Shown here: in pieces, positions 1 through 15,581 of the stretch
How positions within the stretch are numbered: the stretch's first letter is position 1
Layout: every line of letters begins with the position of its first letter
From: Octopus sinensis
Taxonomy: Eukaryota
DNA: 60,877 bases
Assembly (NCBI RefSeq): GCF_006345805.1
Contig: NW_021832399.1
Span: forward strand, 1 to 60,877
Reading direction: 5' to 3'
Made by a program: the position numbers and the translations under genes
Notes under the pieces: model-generated
Databases searched by the model: none
What the model saw: only the letters and a program-made list of their open reading frames with translations
What the model was told of the DNA's origin: nothing

Positions 1-325
1 CACCCACACACACACATCACACACACACACACACAACACGCACACGCACAACACACCACACACAACACACACATTCATTGACGTTTGTATGTATGTATGT
101 ATCTATGCTAACTATATTCACATATATACACACCCATATACTTATGTATGCATATGTATGTATGTATGTATTTATGTATGTATTTATGTATGTATGTTGT
201 ATGTAGGTATGTTAGGTTATGTATGTATGTATGTATGTATATATATAATATATGATCTATGTATATATGTATATATATAATATATATATATATATCTATA
301 TTATATATATATATCTATATATATA

Positions 326-1593
326 TAAGTTTGACAAGAAAGTAATTTCGTTTTATGCACATAGATAGAGTTACGACTTTTTGAATGACTTATGTCAATG
401 TTATGATTTTTCCTTTTCACATTTAATAGCCGTTAGTTTTAGCTTACTTTAGAAGCAAATTGCGCGTAATTTAGTTTACAGCTGTTAGTTTAATGTCAAT
501 TTTATATTGGAGTGCAAAAACGAACATTTTCGCCATATTTTGCTTTTTTATTTCTGTAAAGGCAAGAAAACTGCTGAGGCTCACAACGAGATATGTGAAG
601 TTTATGGTGTTGATTGATTAACAGAATGCACATGTCAGAAATGGTTTTAAAAAATTCCGTTCTGGAGATTTTTCACTCAAAGATGACCAGCGTTCTGGTC
701 GACCTACTGAAGTTGATGATGGCCGATTCAAAGTCATAATTGAATCTGATTGTCATATAACTATGCGAGAGATTACAGAGAGGTTAAATGTATCACACAA
801 CAATTGAAAATCGCTTAAAATGTTTTGGACTAGATAAGAAGCTCGATATTAGAGTTCCACATAAATTGAAAGGGATTCATTTAACACAATAAATCAATAT
901 TTGCGATATTCATCTAAAAAGCAATGAAATCGGCCTGTTTTTGAAACGAATCATCACTGGTGATGAAAAATGTATTTCGAAAACGATCATAGTACAAGCA
1001 TAATGAACGAGCACAAACCACATCGAAAGCTGAATTGCATAAAAAAACACCATGTTCTCAATTTGGTGGGATTACAAAAGTATTGTATATTTTGAGTTGC
1101 TTTGAAGGAACCAAATGATCAATTCAGATGTTTACTGTCAACAACTAATGAAATTGGAGGAAGCAATCAAAGAAAAACGGCCAGAATTGGCAAATCGTAA
1201 AAGAATTGTGTTCCACAATGACAGTGCTAGACCACACACGTCTTTGCTAACTCTTGAAGAATTATTGGAACCTGGTTAGAAAGTGATGTCACATCCACCA
1301 TGTAATCCTCACATTGCACCATCAGATTACCATTTGTTTTGCAGTTTGCAAAATTCTTTGAATGGTAAAACTTTCAATAATGATGTTGACTTGAAATCGC
1401 ACATGCTTCAGTTTTGGCTGATAAGGACCAGAAGTTCTATGAGCGCGGAATCACGAAGTTGCCCTGCCAGAAAGATGGCAAAAGGTCATCGAACAAATTG
1501 GAAAATATATAATTGATTAAAGTTCATTCTTGTATGAAAGAAAATGACATTATTACATACTAAAGAGCCAAATTTACTTTCTTGCCAACCCAA
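326..1593 (+). mobile_element. Tc1/mariner (mariner-type) DNA transposon, near full length, decayed
   Basis: Imperfect TIRs: TAAGTTTGACAAGAAAGTAA at 326 vs reverse complement of TTACTTTCTTGCCAACCCAA ending 1593, both flanked by TA. About 1.27 kb, with transposase motifs inside. Confidence 0.92.
507..1516 (+). pseudogene. mariner transposase pseudogene
   Basis: Reading across frameshifts/stops: ECKNEHFRHILLF, QKWFKKFRSGDFSL, RSGRP, RVPH (WVPH), ITGDEK, FHNDSARPH, PPCNPHIAPSDYHLF (YSPDLAPSDYHLF). Start codon is TTG. Confidence 0.9.
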
Positions 1594-1659
1594 TATATAT
1601 ATATATATATATTATATATAATATATATATATATATGTAGAAATGCAACCGATCTGACT

Positions 1660-2030
1660 GGTTAAGAACATCATTTTGTCAACCTCATGGTGTGGTTTGG
1701 CAAGTGTGTTCTTCAAGACCCCTGATGAATTTGGTAAACAGAAACTGTGAGCATGCCCATTATGAAATGTGTGTGTGTGCTGGTGCGCGCGTGCGTGTGC
1801 GCGCGTGTTTAACAGTATGTCTGTGTTTGCGCTTGTCATCCCCACCGCTGTGCATTCAATGTTCGTTTGTTTACGTTTCCCTAATCTAACAATTTGCCGA
1901 AAGATATCGATAGAATAAGCAACAGGCTTAATAAATTAATACTGGGATCATTCTTTTTTATTAAAACTCTTGAAGGCAGTGTTCCAGCATGTTCGCAGTC
2001 CAGTGACTAAAACAAGTAAAAGATAAAAGA
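1660..2030 (+). mobile_element. diverged SINE family 1 copy
   Basis: Matches the 8830-9276 copy (GGCAAGTGT..., AATTTGGTAAACAGAAACTG, tail CCAGCATG...GACTAAAACAAGTAAAAGA). Boundaries approximate. Confidence 0.7.
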
Positions 2031-2031
2031 C

Positions 2032-2330
<299 letters not shown>

Positions 2331-2848
2331 ATCTACATACACATATGCATACACATACATATACACATATACTTACATACACACTTACACATATACACAG
2401 AAAGACTGATATTCCAAATGGATTTAGGTGATGTTTGAAGTATGAGTGCATGCAACAATGATCGTCCAGTGAAAATACATCAAATATCTGAGCAACAATT
2501 GTTGAAGTAATTTTCTTAATTAGACATAATTACTTTTGATATCGCCATCTAGAAAATTGTTAAAGCAGTTTTATTAGAAGCGGTTATATTGGAATTCAAT
2601 AAAGAACTGCAAATCAGTATCACCTACTAGAGCTACTACATGTATTTGTTTAACAAATACTTGGTACGTACATTAAAATAGCATGTTGTTGTTTGCTCTT
2701 TAGATAAGCGACATTGCACAACTTATCTTGAGCACATCACCGTATACAAATGTACAAATACATACACCCATATACATACATGCGTGCATGCATACGTGCA
2801 TACATACATACATACATACATACATACATACATACATACATACATACA

Positions 2849-2880
<32 letters not shown>

Positions 2881-3004
2881 GATATGTATACATATATATT
2901 CATTATTACACATATAGAAATAAACTTACATATAATACATACATTCACACACACGTCTTCCAGACACTTTACATCTCGAATATGTATACTATTCTATTAT
3001 TCTA

Positions 3005-3390
3005 CCAACAGTTTCCGCTAGGACAACGCCATTAGCGCTAACGCTTGTTAATTTTAGACTCACTTCCCGGTCTTGTCTCCGAAATCTTTCCTGGTGAGTT
3101 GTATAGGGCTGCTCTTCTTTGTGTTTTTTTTTGCCGTAATGTTGGTTCATCTAGTATGCTCTATTAAAATTTATTCAATCGTTCTTTCAACGCATCTACT
3201 ACTCGAAGATCTCGGAGGCCTTTTGGCAACCTATTGAAAGTAGACGTTTCTGTTCCTGGGTGTATTTAAAAGACCAATTTAGTAGCAGCGCTTCCTCGAT
3301 CTTTCATGATTATCAGTGAATGCTGAAACCAGGATTTAATGTCTCCATCATTTCTCGATAATTGCCTCTAATCAACGCTTTCTTAGATCT
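3005..3390 (-). mobile_element. CR1/L2-type LINE 3' end fragment
   Basis: Minus strand reads FNRLPKGLRDLRVVDALKERLNKF..SILDEPTLRQ, a CR1-type ORF2 C-terminus, followed by a TGGCGTTGTCCTAGC tail resembling the tip at 44350-44406. Boundaries approximate. Confidence 0.7.
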
Positions 3391-3519
3391 CACCAAACAT
3401 TGCTTTCATCATCATATGAAACCATATACAAGCGTAGTCTTTATTATGAATTATCTTCATTCACTGAAATTCATTTGCTTCAATATTCATTTACACATCA
3501 GTGCATAGTTGTACATATT

Positions 3520-3570
<51 letters not shown>

Positions 3571-3659
3571 GAGGAGAGAGAGAAAGAGATAGGAAAGAGA
3601 AAGAGAGAGAGAAGAGTGACAACACACATTATATATACATATGCACACATATGTATATA

Positions 3660-3697
<38 letters not shown>

Positions 3698-3933
3698 CAT
3701 ATATAGACACATATATATGTGTGATATGTGTGATATGTGTGGTGTATTTATGTATATATGCATATATACATATATACATATACACACGCACACACTCCAA
3801 ACATTATGATTTCAATTAGGCATAGCGATACCAATAACCAGTTGTTACTATTCAGAGTAAAGCGCCAGGAGAGTACAGAGCGAAATATCAATAATGAGTG
3901 TGTAAAGAACAGAAGTTACATAATAATTTTTAT

Positions 3934-4037
3934 GAGCTTGCACGTGTTTCTGCTATATGAAGCATTGAACTCAGAGCTGAGAGCTTGCACGTGTTTCTGC
4001 TATATGAAGCATTGAACTCAGAGCTGAGAGCTTGCAC
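3934..4037. repeat. perfect 47-bp tandem repeat, 2.2 copies
   Basis: GAGCTTGCACGTGTTTCTGCTATATGAAGCATTGAACTCAGAGCTGA at 3934 and 3981, partial third copy at 4028. Confidence 0.95.
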
Positions 4038-4084
4038 AATATATTATTGCTACCTTAATGGCGTCGATGAAGTTATAAGATACA

Positions 4085-4325
4085 ACACATGCACTCTAAG
4101 TGCAAGGACAACCCTTCACAAAAAAACTTATTCTATATAATTACATGACGTGTTGTGGAGAGGACTACAGAGGGCAAATCAGGATGTCTTTAAAGCAATG
4201 CATAACTCTGTAATGATCACAAATTAGAGTACCGGAATACGGCCATTTAGTAAGCATATAGACACATATCCGGTGAAGAATTTCAACCAAATTTTACGAT
4301 ATTCGCCTTATACAAATTTGCTGAT
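4085..4325 (+). mobile_element. Penelope-like GIY-YIG endonuclease fragment
   Basis: Degenerate NLFYII..C..GEDYRGQ...QIRVPEY...PNFTIFALYK, resembling the Penelope GIY-YIG pattern; read across frameshifts. Confidence 0.5.
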
Positions 4326-5482
4326 TACATATTACAACAGTAACGCACCAACAAAGAAAAACTTTCATAAAATACCGACCACTTGTAAACCGCTGTAGGA
4401 GAGAATAGGATGACAGCTGATAAAACTATTGCTGCTGTTGCTGTTACTACTACTACAGCTACTATTACCTATGCTAATATTACTAGTACTGCAGCTACGG
4501 CCACTACTGCCACTCTTACTACTGAAGAAGAGGAACAGACGACTTCCATTAGATTTCCAGCTTTTACAATTTCCACCAACATTATTATCAATTATTATCA
4601 ATAGACATTCCTTAAAACTAATATTCCCAACGGCCAGCAGAAGGAATACAACTATGTGATTTTTTGTGAGAGAAGCATGTGAACTTCCAAAACTGATATC
4701 ATGAAGGATAAATTTTATTTAATTTAATTCAGTCTATTTTCCTTTCCTTAGAGCATGACTAAATTGAATTAAAAAAACAATTGAAACCAATTGCATATTT
4801 TGATAAAAATGTAAATATTTTATTTCTTTTATGCATGATAGATTTCTTTATCATGCACAAAAGTTTTCTTTTGGTTTTCATATGCATATACGCACATATC
4901 TATATGTATGTGTATATGTGTGTGTGTGTGTGAGACAGAGAGAGAGAGAAAATATGTATGCATATATGTGCACATATATGCTATATATATACACATATTT
5001 ACTATATTTGTGTATGTGAATATGTGTGTGTGTTTGTGTGTATACGTGTATATGTAAAATGTGTATACATGTGTGTGTGTATGTATATGCTGTTGCATTT
5101 ATATAGGTTTGGATGTAAGCTTGAATGTATGCTTGTCTGCATATGTGTGTATATGTATATATATATATATATATGCCCATAAATACGTATACTGATATCA
5201 ATATAATTCCTGTTTATCTATATGGAAAGAGAGAGAGAGAGAATATATACATATTTGAGTATATATATATAATTTATGCATAGGCTTGTGCGTTAGTGTG
5301 TATATGCAAATGTATATACGTCTACGAGAAAGAGAGAAAGAGAGAGGTTGTTACTGATATTTTCAATTTTAGTAACCTGCCATTAAAAATATTGATATTA
5401 ATTTCCTTTTGAATTTCCAAATGCAAATCAAATGGTATGCTGATAAACATGAACCTATCCATATTTACACAAACTCTAGCGC

Positions 5483-5538
<56 letters not shown>

Positions 5539-6404
5539 CATGCACGCACGCACACACACATGCACGCACGCACATACACAGAGAGTAATACATAGGAAAG
5601 GAGAGGAAGATACAAATTTGAATATATATATATATATATATAATATATATATATATATACATATTTATATATATGTGTGTGTATGTGTGTGTGTGTGTAT
5701 TATATGTTATATGGGTTATGGTGATATAAAGAGCCTTACCTTAAGTTAATAGCATTCTACTCCGATACAAACACAAGCTTAACGCTTGGAAAACTTTAAA
5801 TTAACATTTGATATTTTTTTCAATTCTCGAGATAACCAAGTTGACATTTGCGACTTTGAAAATAGTGTTTCAGAAAATTGCTTTATAAAACGAAATATTT
5901 CATAACGTTGGAGAAAGAGGGATTTATCTGTGATATTAAAACACGACTAACTTGCCATAGATATATGCATGTATTCCGTTGAAAACGAGTATCAAATCAT
6001 TATGTGTTAAAGTGACATTGACTTCGTGATCATGTGCCAACAATGGCGAGAGTATCGTTAGTGGCAGACGCTCTCAACCATGATATTGAACTGCTCTCGT
6101 ATCCATTGGTCAATTGAATTAGGCAAAATGTTGTTTGTTTATCTGTTTGAAAAGTGTCCAACTCCTACATTGCTGAAGGCACCTCGTAACATGCGCTTAT
6201 TTGAGCAATAGTAATATTTTATATCAATGTCTTTGAAACATTATTTACTGTAGTTCACAACTGAATAACGTATATTTACCTCTCCCAACTCAACTTACAC
6301 ACATTTTGTTCAGATCTTTTGGCACTTAATTCAATCCATTCTATCCAAGAATCAAAAATGGGTGATGGATTCTATTAAGCGAAAATCATTATTATTATTA
6401 TAAT

Positions 6405-6841
6405 TCTTAAGTTGGCCGAATTGTGAGCACGCCGGACAAAATGTTAGCGGCATTTCATCTGTCGCTACGTTCTGAGTTCAAATTTCACCGAGGTTGACTT
6501 TGCCTTTCATCCTGTTGCAGTCGATAAAATAAGAACCTGTTGAACACTGGGGTCGATGTAATCGACTCATCCCCTCCCCCAAAATTGATGCCCTTGTGGA
6601 AAAAATTGGAACTATTATTATTTTTATTAAGGCGACGAACTGGCAGAATCGTTAGCACACCGGACGAAATGCTTAGCGGTATTTCGTCTGCCGCAACGTT
6701 CTGAGTTCAAATTCCGCCGAGGTCGATTTTGCCTTTCATCCTTTCGGGGTCGATGAAATAAGTACGTGTTACACACTGGGGTCGATGTAAACAACTAGCC
6801 CACTTTCCCAAAAGTTTTCAAGGCGTTGTGCCTAGAGTAGA

Positions 6842-6843
<2 letters not shown>
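6405..6843 (+). mobile_element. two tandem copies of tRNA-derived SINE family 2
   Basis: GGCGACGAACTGGCAGAATCGTTAGC head, B-box-like GTTCTGAGTTCAAATTCCGCC, shared body GAGGTCGAYTTTGCCTTTCATCC...CTGGGGTCGATGTAA. Units at ~6405-6620 and ~6628-6843. Confidence 0.85.
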
Positions 6844-6921
<78 letters not shown>

Positions 6922-6946
6922 TGATGATAATAATAATAATAATAAT

Positions 6947-7243
6947 CAAGAAGGGAACCGAAAATTATATGAGAATGATCCCTGGCTTACCATCCCTGCA
7001 AGAAGTGCAAAAGATTGTCTTAACTGGTACATCACACGTATTGAGAAGAGCATTGTCGATGTGAGAACTGTTGCTGCTCATGTATTTTAATCTAACTTAA
7101 AAAAAAAAAAAAAAAAAAAAATGAACGAACTTCTGAGTTTGGTTTAATGGCCTACCAATATACACTATGAGTTTCTTTGCCCTAGGAGTCGGGAAGACAC
7201 TCGGCAAGAAATGGAAGAAAATTTGAAAGAAGAAAAAAAAAAG
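6947..7243 (+). mobile_element. R4/Dong-like RLE LINE, 3' tip
   Basis: KKGTENYMRMIPGLPSLQEVQKIVLTGTSHVLRRALSM* then a 3' UTR; (AAT)n on both sides. Confidence 0.8.
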
Positions 7244-7251
7244 TAATAATG

Positions 7252-7318
<67 letters not shown>

Positions 7319-7319
<1 letters not shown>

Positions 7320-7866
7320 TGATGCAGTACCAGGCAGTGGTTCTCATGGCTGCTGATCTTAACTGATTGGAAGTGTTATCATGTACATTGTTTTGCCTTG
7401 CTATAAAATATAGGCTACAGCAAATATTCTGCTCAATACCACAAATTTGCTTGTCAGTTGTTTGATCTTAAGCAGTTGAGCATGTCCCTTGGTGGCTGAT
7501 GATATGTGCATCTCTGATCACGAGAAGTAGTGGGGGAGCATCATAGCAATGTGTTGAGAGGAAATCTTTGGAGTTTGGATAATTCACCCATGGAAACATG
7601 GGTGTTTCGTTCATCATCCTTAAACAACCCTTATTCAGGGACCTTTTGAGCAGGATGGGCTACTTGACCTGAAGAAAATTATAACTGAGTCCCACCTGCA
7701 AGGTCATGCGCTGTTTATCGTGATATGAGATCACCATGTCACGCACATATGGTTGTGATGCATGTGCCTTGTGTACCCTTATCAGATGGGTAGTCATGAC
7801 GTGTATATTGGGCTTTGTATATTTTACCTTAGTGTCACTTTGATGGCATGCACTGCTCTCTCACTC
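7319..7866 (+). mobile_element. ~550-bp non-coding interspersed element, copy 1
   Basis: CTGATGCAGTACCAGGCAGTGG...GCACTGCTCTCTCACTC, between (AAT)n tracts; aligns along its length with copies 2-4. Sense orientation is inferred. Confidence 0.85.
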
Positions 7867-7903
7867 AATAATAATAATCTTTTCACTAAAGACATAAAAA
7901 AAG

Positions 7904-8450
7904 CATCAATTAGAAAGCATTTTTTTCTTCATGATCTCTGTCAATTATATTCTGGCCTTAATTTCTCTATCTGTGTGTATTGGCATATCCCAGAGTATGG
8001 TTGCTTTCTCGTTTTCTCTGACCTTTTCTGGTGTGTGCCTATACCATCTATTTTCTATTATTATTCCATAATGTTGGCATAGCTTCCAGTGTATGTAGGT
8101 CCCAACACTGTCGTGTCTGTGAATATATTCCTTCTTAGCCAGGACTGGGCAGCCAGAGATAATATGATTTATTGTTTCTCGTCCATCTCCACATATTCTG
8201 CTGTTACTTGTTATATTTCTTTTCATTACATGTTTTTGGTAATTTCTGGTGGGGAGGCTTTGGTCTTGTGCTGCAATTAAAAATCCCTCTGTCTCTGATT
8301 TTAGTCATGAGCTTCTCAACCATTGCTGGGATTTTTCTTTGTCTATTTCTTTTGCATTTAGTTTAGTCCGTATTTGCCATCGTTTTATCATGGTTCTTTG
8401 CTGTTCTGGTTTTAGTTTGGATTTCATTTGTTTTATAGCTTTTGTTGTTT
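7904..8450 (-). mobile_element. R4/Dong-like LINE fragment (family A), CCHC-RLE region
   Basis: Minus strand KEIDKEKSQQWLRSS..., RICGDGRETINHIISGC, KATILWDMPIHTDREIK; highly similar to 17414-17870. Confidence 0.9.
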
Positions 8451-8590
8451 CTTCTTCTTCTTCTCTTCTTCTTCTTCTTCTTCTTCTTCTTCTTCTTCTT
8501 CTTCTTCTTCTTTTCTTCTCTTCTTCTTCTTCTTCTTCTTCTTCTTCTTCTTCTTCTTCTTCTTCTTCTTCTTCTTCTTCTTCTTCTTTC
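8448..8590. repeat. (TTC)n microsatellite
   Basis: Directly visible; followed by (ATT)n/(ATC)n at ~8680-8827. Confidence 0.98.
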
Positions 8591-8678
8591 ATCTTGTTAG
8601 GTAGCATCATTTCTTGTTTGTATTGTCAGCTTCCTTAAATACCGAGAACAGTTTTTTGTTTTGCTCGTGTTTTGCCGC

Positions 8679-8744
<66 letters not shown>

Positions 8745-8829
8745 TATTATTATTATTATTATTATATTATTATTATTATTATTATTATTATTATCATCAT
8801 TATCATCATCATCATCATCATCATCATTT

Positions 8830-9024
8830 AGGCGCCGGAGTGGCTGTATAGTAAGTAGCTTTTTTGTGGTACATGGTTCTGAGTACATGGTTCTGCGTGG
8901 CACCTTGGGCAAGTGTCTTCTTCTATAGCCTCGGGCCGATCAAAGTTTTGTGAGTGGATTTGGTAGATGGAAACTGAAATAAGACCGTCGTATATACATA
9001 CATACATGCATACACACACACACA

Positions 9025-9070
<46 letters not shown>

Positions 9071-9276
9071 ATATATATGTTTGTGTGTCTGTGTTTGCCC
9101 CCCCCCCCATCGCTTGACAACTGATGTTGGTGTTTTCAAGCGGTTCGGCAAAAGAGACAGATGAAATAAGTACTAGGCCTACAAAGAATAAGTCCTGGGG
9201 TAGATTTGTTCAACTAAAAGAGGTGCTCCAGCATGGCCGCAATCAAATGACTGAAACAAATAAAAGAATAAAAGAA
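8830..9276 (+). mobile_element. tRNA-derived SINE family 1 with internal microsatellite
   Basis: Head AGGCGCCGGAGTGGCTG...GCGTGGCACCTTGGGCAAGTGTCTT, internal (CATA)/(CA)/(TA) tract, tail GGTGCTCCAGCATGGCCGC...TGACTGAAACAAATAAAAGAATAAAAGAA. Confidence 0.88.
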
Positions 9277-9329
9277 TTTAAGATGTCGTACAGAATCCAA
9301 TATCGTGATGTTGATTGAAGATATTGTGC

Positions 9330-11769
<2,440 letters not shown>

Positions 11770-12115
11770 GAATCGGTAAAATCATTGTAGCGTCGGACAA
11801 AATGATTGTGTTTTTTTTCTCGCTATTTTCTGAGTTCAAATTCCGCCGCCGACAACTTTGCTTTTCATCCTTTCGGCGCCAATAAAATGAAAATAGCAGT
11901 AAAAAAACTGGGACAAATCCCTTCCTTCAAAAGCATTAGCCTTGTGCCTAAATTATAAACCATTATACTGAGTTCAAATCCTATCGGGGTCACCTTTGCC
12001 TTCCATCCTTTCGGCGTCAATAAAAGTAAGTAGCAATTGAGTACGAGAATCGACGTCAGCAACTAAAACCCTCCCCTCAAAAATATAGGCCTTCTTCCTA
12101 AAATTGGAAACTGTT
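11770..12115 (+). mobile_element. SINE family 2, diverged monomer plus partial second unit
   Basis: CTGAGTTCAAAT...TTTGC(T/C)TT(T/C)CATCCTTTCGGCG occurs twice. Confidence 0.75.
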
Positions 12116-12493
12116 ATTTCCTACCTCATTTATGGTAATTTATACGCCATTTTGTTTACTGGTTTCACTAGCTTTTAGTAAAGTGTGAAGACTGTTGTGT
12201 GAATGTTCTTTCATGTTAATATTCCATCTTCGGAAATGATATAAAATATTATTGGTTTTTTGGTTTTTATCTGCATATTTTTTAGTTATTTCTTACATTC
12301 TGTTTACTTCAATTTCAGAAAGTTTATATTTTTTTGAGTTATGAATTCTAAATCCTTATAGGCAATAGTTTGATCGGAAATTATCGATATGTTTATGAGA
12401 GTACAAAAGATTTCCGCGGAGTGTTTAATAATAAAAATGATGATGATGATGATGATGATGATAATGATGGTAATAATAATGATTATGATGATG

Positions 12494-12560
<67 letters not shown>

Positions 12561-12704
12561 CAATAATAATAATAATAATAATTCTACTACATGTACAAGG
12601 AACGTAAATCCAGAAGAAATGCTACTGGCATTTTGCCCAACGTGGTAACGATTCTGCCAACTCACCGTCTAAATAACAATAATAACAACAACAACAACAA
12701 CAAA

Positions 12705-13247
12705 TGCCCTAATGCAATCCCAGGCATAGCTCTCATGCTTTCTAATCTTAACTGATTGGAATTGTTACCATGTACATGTTTTGTCTTGGTATAAAAGATG
12801 ATCTACAGCAAATATTCTGCTTAATATCATAGATTTGCTTGTCAGTTGCTTGACCTTAACCAGTTGAGCTTGAGCCTTGATGGCTGACAATATGTGCATC
12901 CCTGAACACGAGCAGAAGTAGTTAGGGAACGTCATAGTTATGTGTTGAGAGGAATTCTTTGGGATTTGAACAATTCACACCTGGAAACATTGGTGTTTCG
13001 TTCATCGTTCTTAAACAACCCTTATTCAGGGACCTTTTAGGCGGGATGGGCTACTCAATCTGAAGAAAATCCTAACTGCGCTCCACCTGCAAGGTCATGC
13101 GCTGTTTATCTTGATTTGAGATCATCATGTTGCGCACATGTGGTTGTGATGCATGTGTACCCTTATCAAACGGGTAGTCACGATGGGTATATTGGTCTTC
13201 GAATATTTGTACCCCGGTGTCACTTACATAGCATGCGCTGCTCTCAC

Positions 13248-13248
<1 letters not shown>
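12705..13248 (+). mobile_element. ~550-bp element, copy 2
   Basis: TGCCCTAATGCAATCCCAGGC...CTGCTCTCACC, between (AAC)n and (ACT)n. Confidence 0.85.
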
Positions 13249-13313
<65 letters not shown>

Positions 13314-13384
13314 GCTGTAGTGGTGGTAGTAGTGGTAGTAGTAGTAGTAGCAACAAGGATAATAATATCATTGTTTGATCATTA

Positions 13385-13904
13385 ACAGTAATTATGTGCT
13401 CAAAAATTAAATATGAAACAGTTGATGACAGATATTGTAAACGTCGTTAATTCTATCAGATCCCAGGACTTGAACCATTGTACATTAAAAGCATACATGG
13501 CAGAATTTGGCAGTGAGTGTGAGGACTTTATTTCTCAAAAGTCAAATGACTCAGTCAAGCAGTAACTTTGAATAGATTTCAATTATTGTTGCCTGAAATA
13601 AAACAGTTCATGCAAAACAAAAAGCAAAATGTAGATTTTTTTTAGCAAATGAAGAATGGTTGAATGATCAGTATTTCTTAGTTGATATCACTGAAATGTT
13701 AACTGAACTTAATTTTCATTTACAAAGAAAAGACCAGTTATGTTGTTCAATGTTAAAGCGAATAAGTTTTACTAAGAAATTAGAACTTTTCATAGTACAA
13801 TTAGAGAGTGGAGAAATTGTACATTTTCAGAATTTATCTAAAAGACAAGAATTTCCTGTGAACATCTCAACGCACCAATTATACTACTACTACTACTACT
13901 ACTA

Positions 13905-14002
<98 letters not shown>

Positions 14003-14047
14003 TTACTACTACTACCACTACCACTACCACCACCACCACCACCACCA

Positions 14048-14086
<39 letters not shown>

Positions 14087-14660
14087 TGTGAAGCTTTGTT
14101 AAAAGATTTTACAACCAGATTTTCTGACTTCAGAAAGATAGAAACTGATCTAAAATCGTTGAGTGATCCATTTTCATTTATTCATGTGGAAGCACCAGCT
14201 AAATACCAGTAAGAACTCATTGAACTTCAAAGTAGAGGATCTTTGAAAACTTATCGTAGAGAACATGCCGTTCTTGATTTTTATAGGAATTTGTATTCTT
14301 TTAATGAATTTGATCAAATTGCCAATTTAGTTGGAAAACTATTGTGCATGTGGGGTAGTACATATTGCTGTACACAATTCTTTTCGTGTATGAAAAACGT
14401 TAAAACTGCTGAAAGAAATAGGCTGAGTGATTGCCATTTAAGTAACATTCTTAGAGTAAAGAATAGTACCATAAAAGTAGGTACTGAGAATATCATAAAA
14501 AGAAAGCAATGCCAAAAATCACATTTTTTAAAATTTTGTGTAAGTGTAATGTCACTTTTACTGTCAATAGCACATTATTTTGTATTTATATTATTTAAAC
14601 ATTTTATCCACCACATTTTGAACTTTTTGAAAGTTTATATCTAAATACCTTTGTGGCCCG
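13385..14660 (+). mobile_element. hAT transposon 3' fragment (SPIN/GTF2IRD2-like transposase)
   Basis: CAQKLNMKQLMTDIVNVVNSIRS, GLNH, FLVDITEMLTELNFHLQRKDQL, DFTTRFSDF, WGSTYCCTQFFSCMK...RNRLSDCHLSNILRV...KQCQKSH (hAT dimerization region). Interrupted by an (ACT)/(ACC) tract; no TIR recognised. Confidence 0.85.
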
Positions 14661-14662
14661 GT

Positions 14663-14848
14663 GATTGGGATAGAATGCTCTGTAGAGCTCCTACCGAAAT
14701 TTTGTCTCTCAGGGACAGCAAGGATTATCAGGAGGGTTCTAAGCACTTGAAAGACTACTGAAAACTTGTGGATAGCTAAGGTTACAGGTAGTAACCCGTT
14801 ACCCGCATAAATCCTACCAGGAATAGGATCGAGCCTAAGTCAAATCAA
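14663..14848 (+). mobile_element. R4/Dong-like LINE 3' tip (distinct family)
   Basis: IGIECSVELLPKFCLSGTARIIRRVLST* plus a short UTR, then (AAT)n. Confidence 0.75.
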
Positions 14849-14950
<102 letters not shown>

Positions 14951-14969
14951 TAATAATAATAATAATAAA

Positions 14970-15523
14970 TGCCCTGATGCAGTACCAGGCAGTGGCTCTC
15001 ATCTCTCTGATCTTAACTGATTGGAAGTGTTATCATGTACATTGTTTTGTCTTGGTATAAAAGATGGGCTACAGCAAATATTCTGCTCAATACCACAGAT
15101 TTGCTTGTCAGTTGTTTGACCTTAACCAGTTGAGCATGTCCCTTAGTGGCTGACGATATGTGCATCTCTGATCACGAGCAGAAGTAGTGGGGGAGCATCA
15201 TAGCCATGTGTTGAGAGGGATTCTTTGGGGTTTGAATAATTCACCTCTGGAAACATGGGTGGTTCTTTCAACATCCTTAAACAACCCTTATTCAGGGACC
15301 TTTCGAGCGGGATGGGCTACTCAACCTGAAGAAAATTCTAACTGGGCCCCACCTGCAAGGTCATGTGCTGTTTATCTTGATATGAGATCACCATGTCGCG
15401 CACATATGGTTTTGATGCATGTGCCTGGTGTACCCTTATCAGACGGGTAGTCATGATGGGTATATTGGGCTTCGTATATTTTACCCCAGTGTCACTTTGA
15501 TGGCATGAACTGCTCTCTCACTC
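14970..15523 (+). mobile_element. ~550-bp element, copy 3 (apparently most intact)
   Basis: TGCCCTGATGCAGTACCAGGCAGTGGCTCT...CTGCTCTCTCACTC; (AAT)n on both sides. Confidence 0.9.

Positions 15524-15578
<55 letters not shown>

Positions 15579-15581
<3 letters not shown>

Noticed and set aside
3210-3228. Short match to the U2 snRNA 5' end (GGCCTTTTGGC)
   Set aside because: Only 11 bp, and it lies within CR1 coding sequence; coincidental.
6030-6160. Possible third mariner fragment (HVPT...IELLSYP)
   Set aside because: Similarity is too weak to support by eye; no TIRs.
15150-15300. Hammerhead ribozyme in the 550-bp element (CTGACGA and GAAAC motifs)
   Set aside because: Stems I and II cannot be built in either orientation, and the minus-strand CTGAATA breaks the CUGANGA core.
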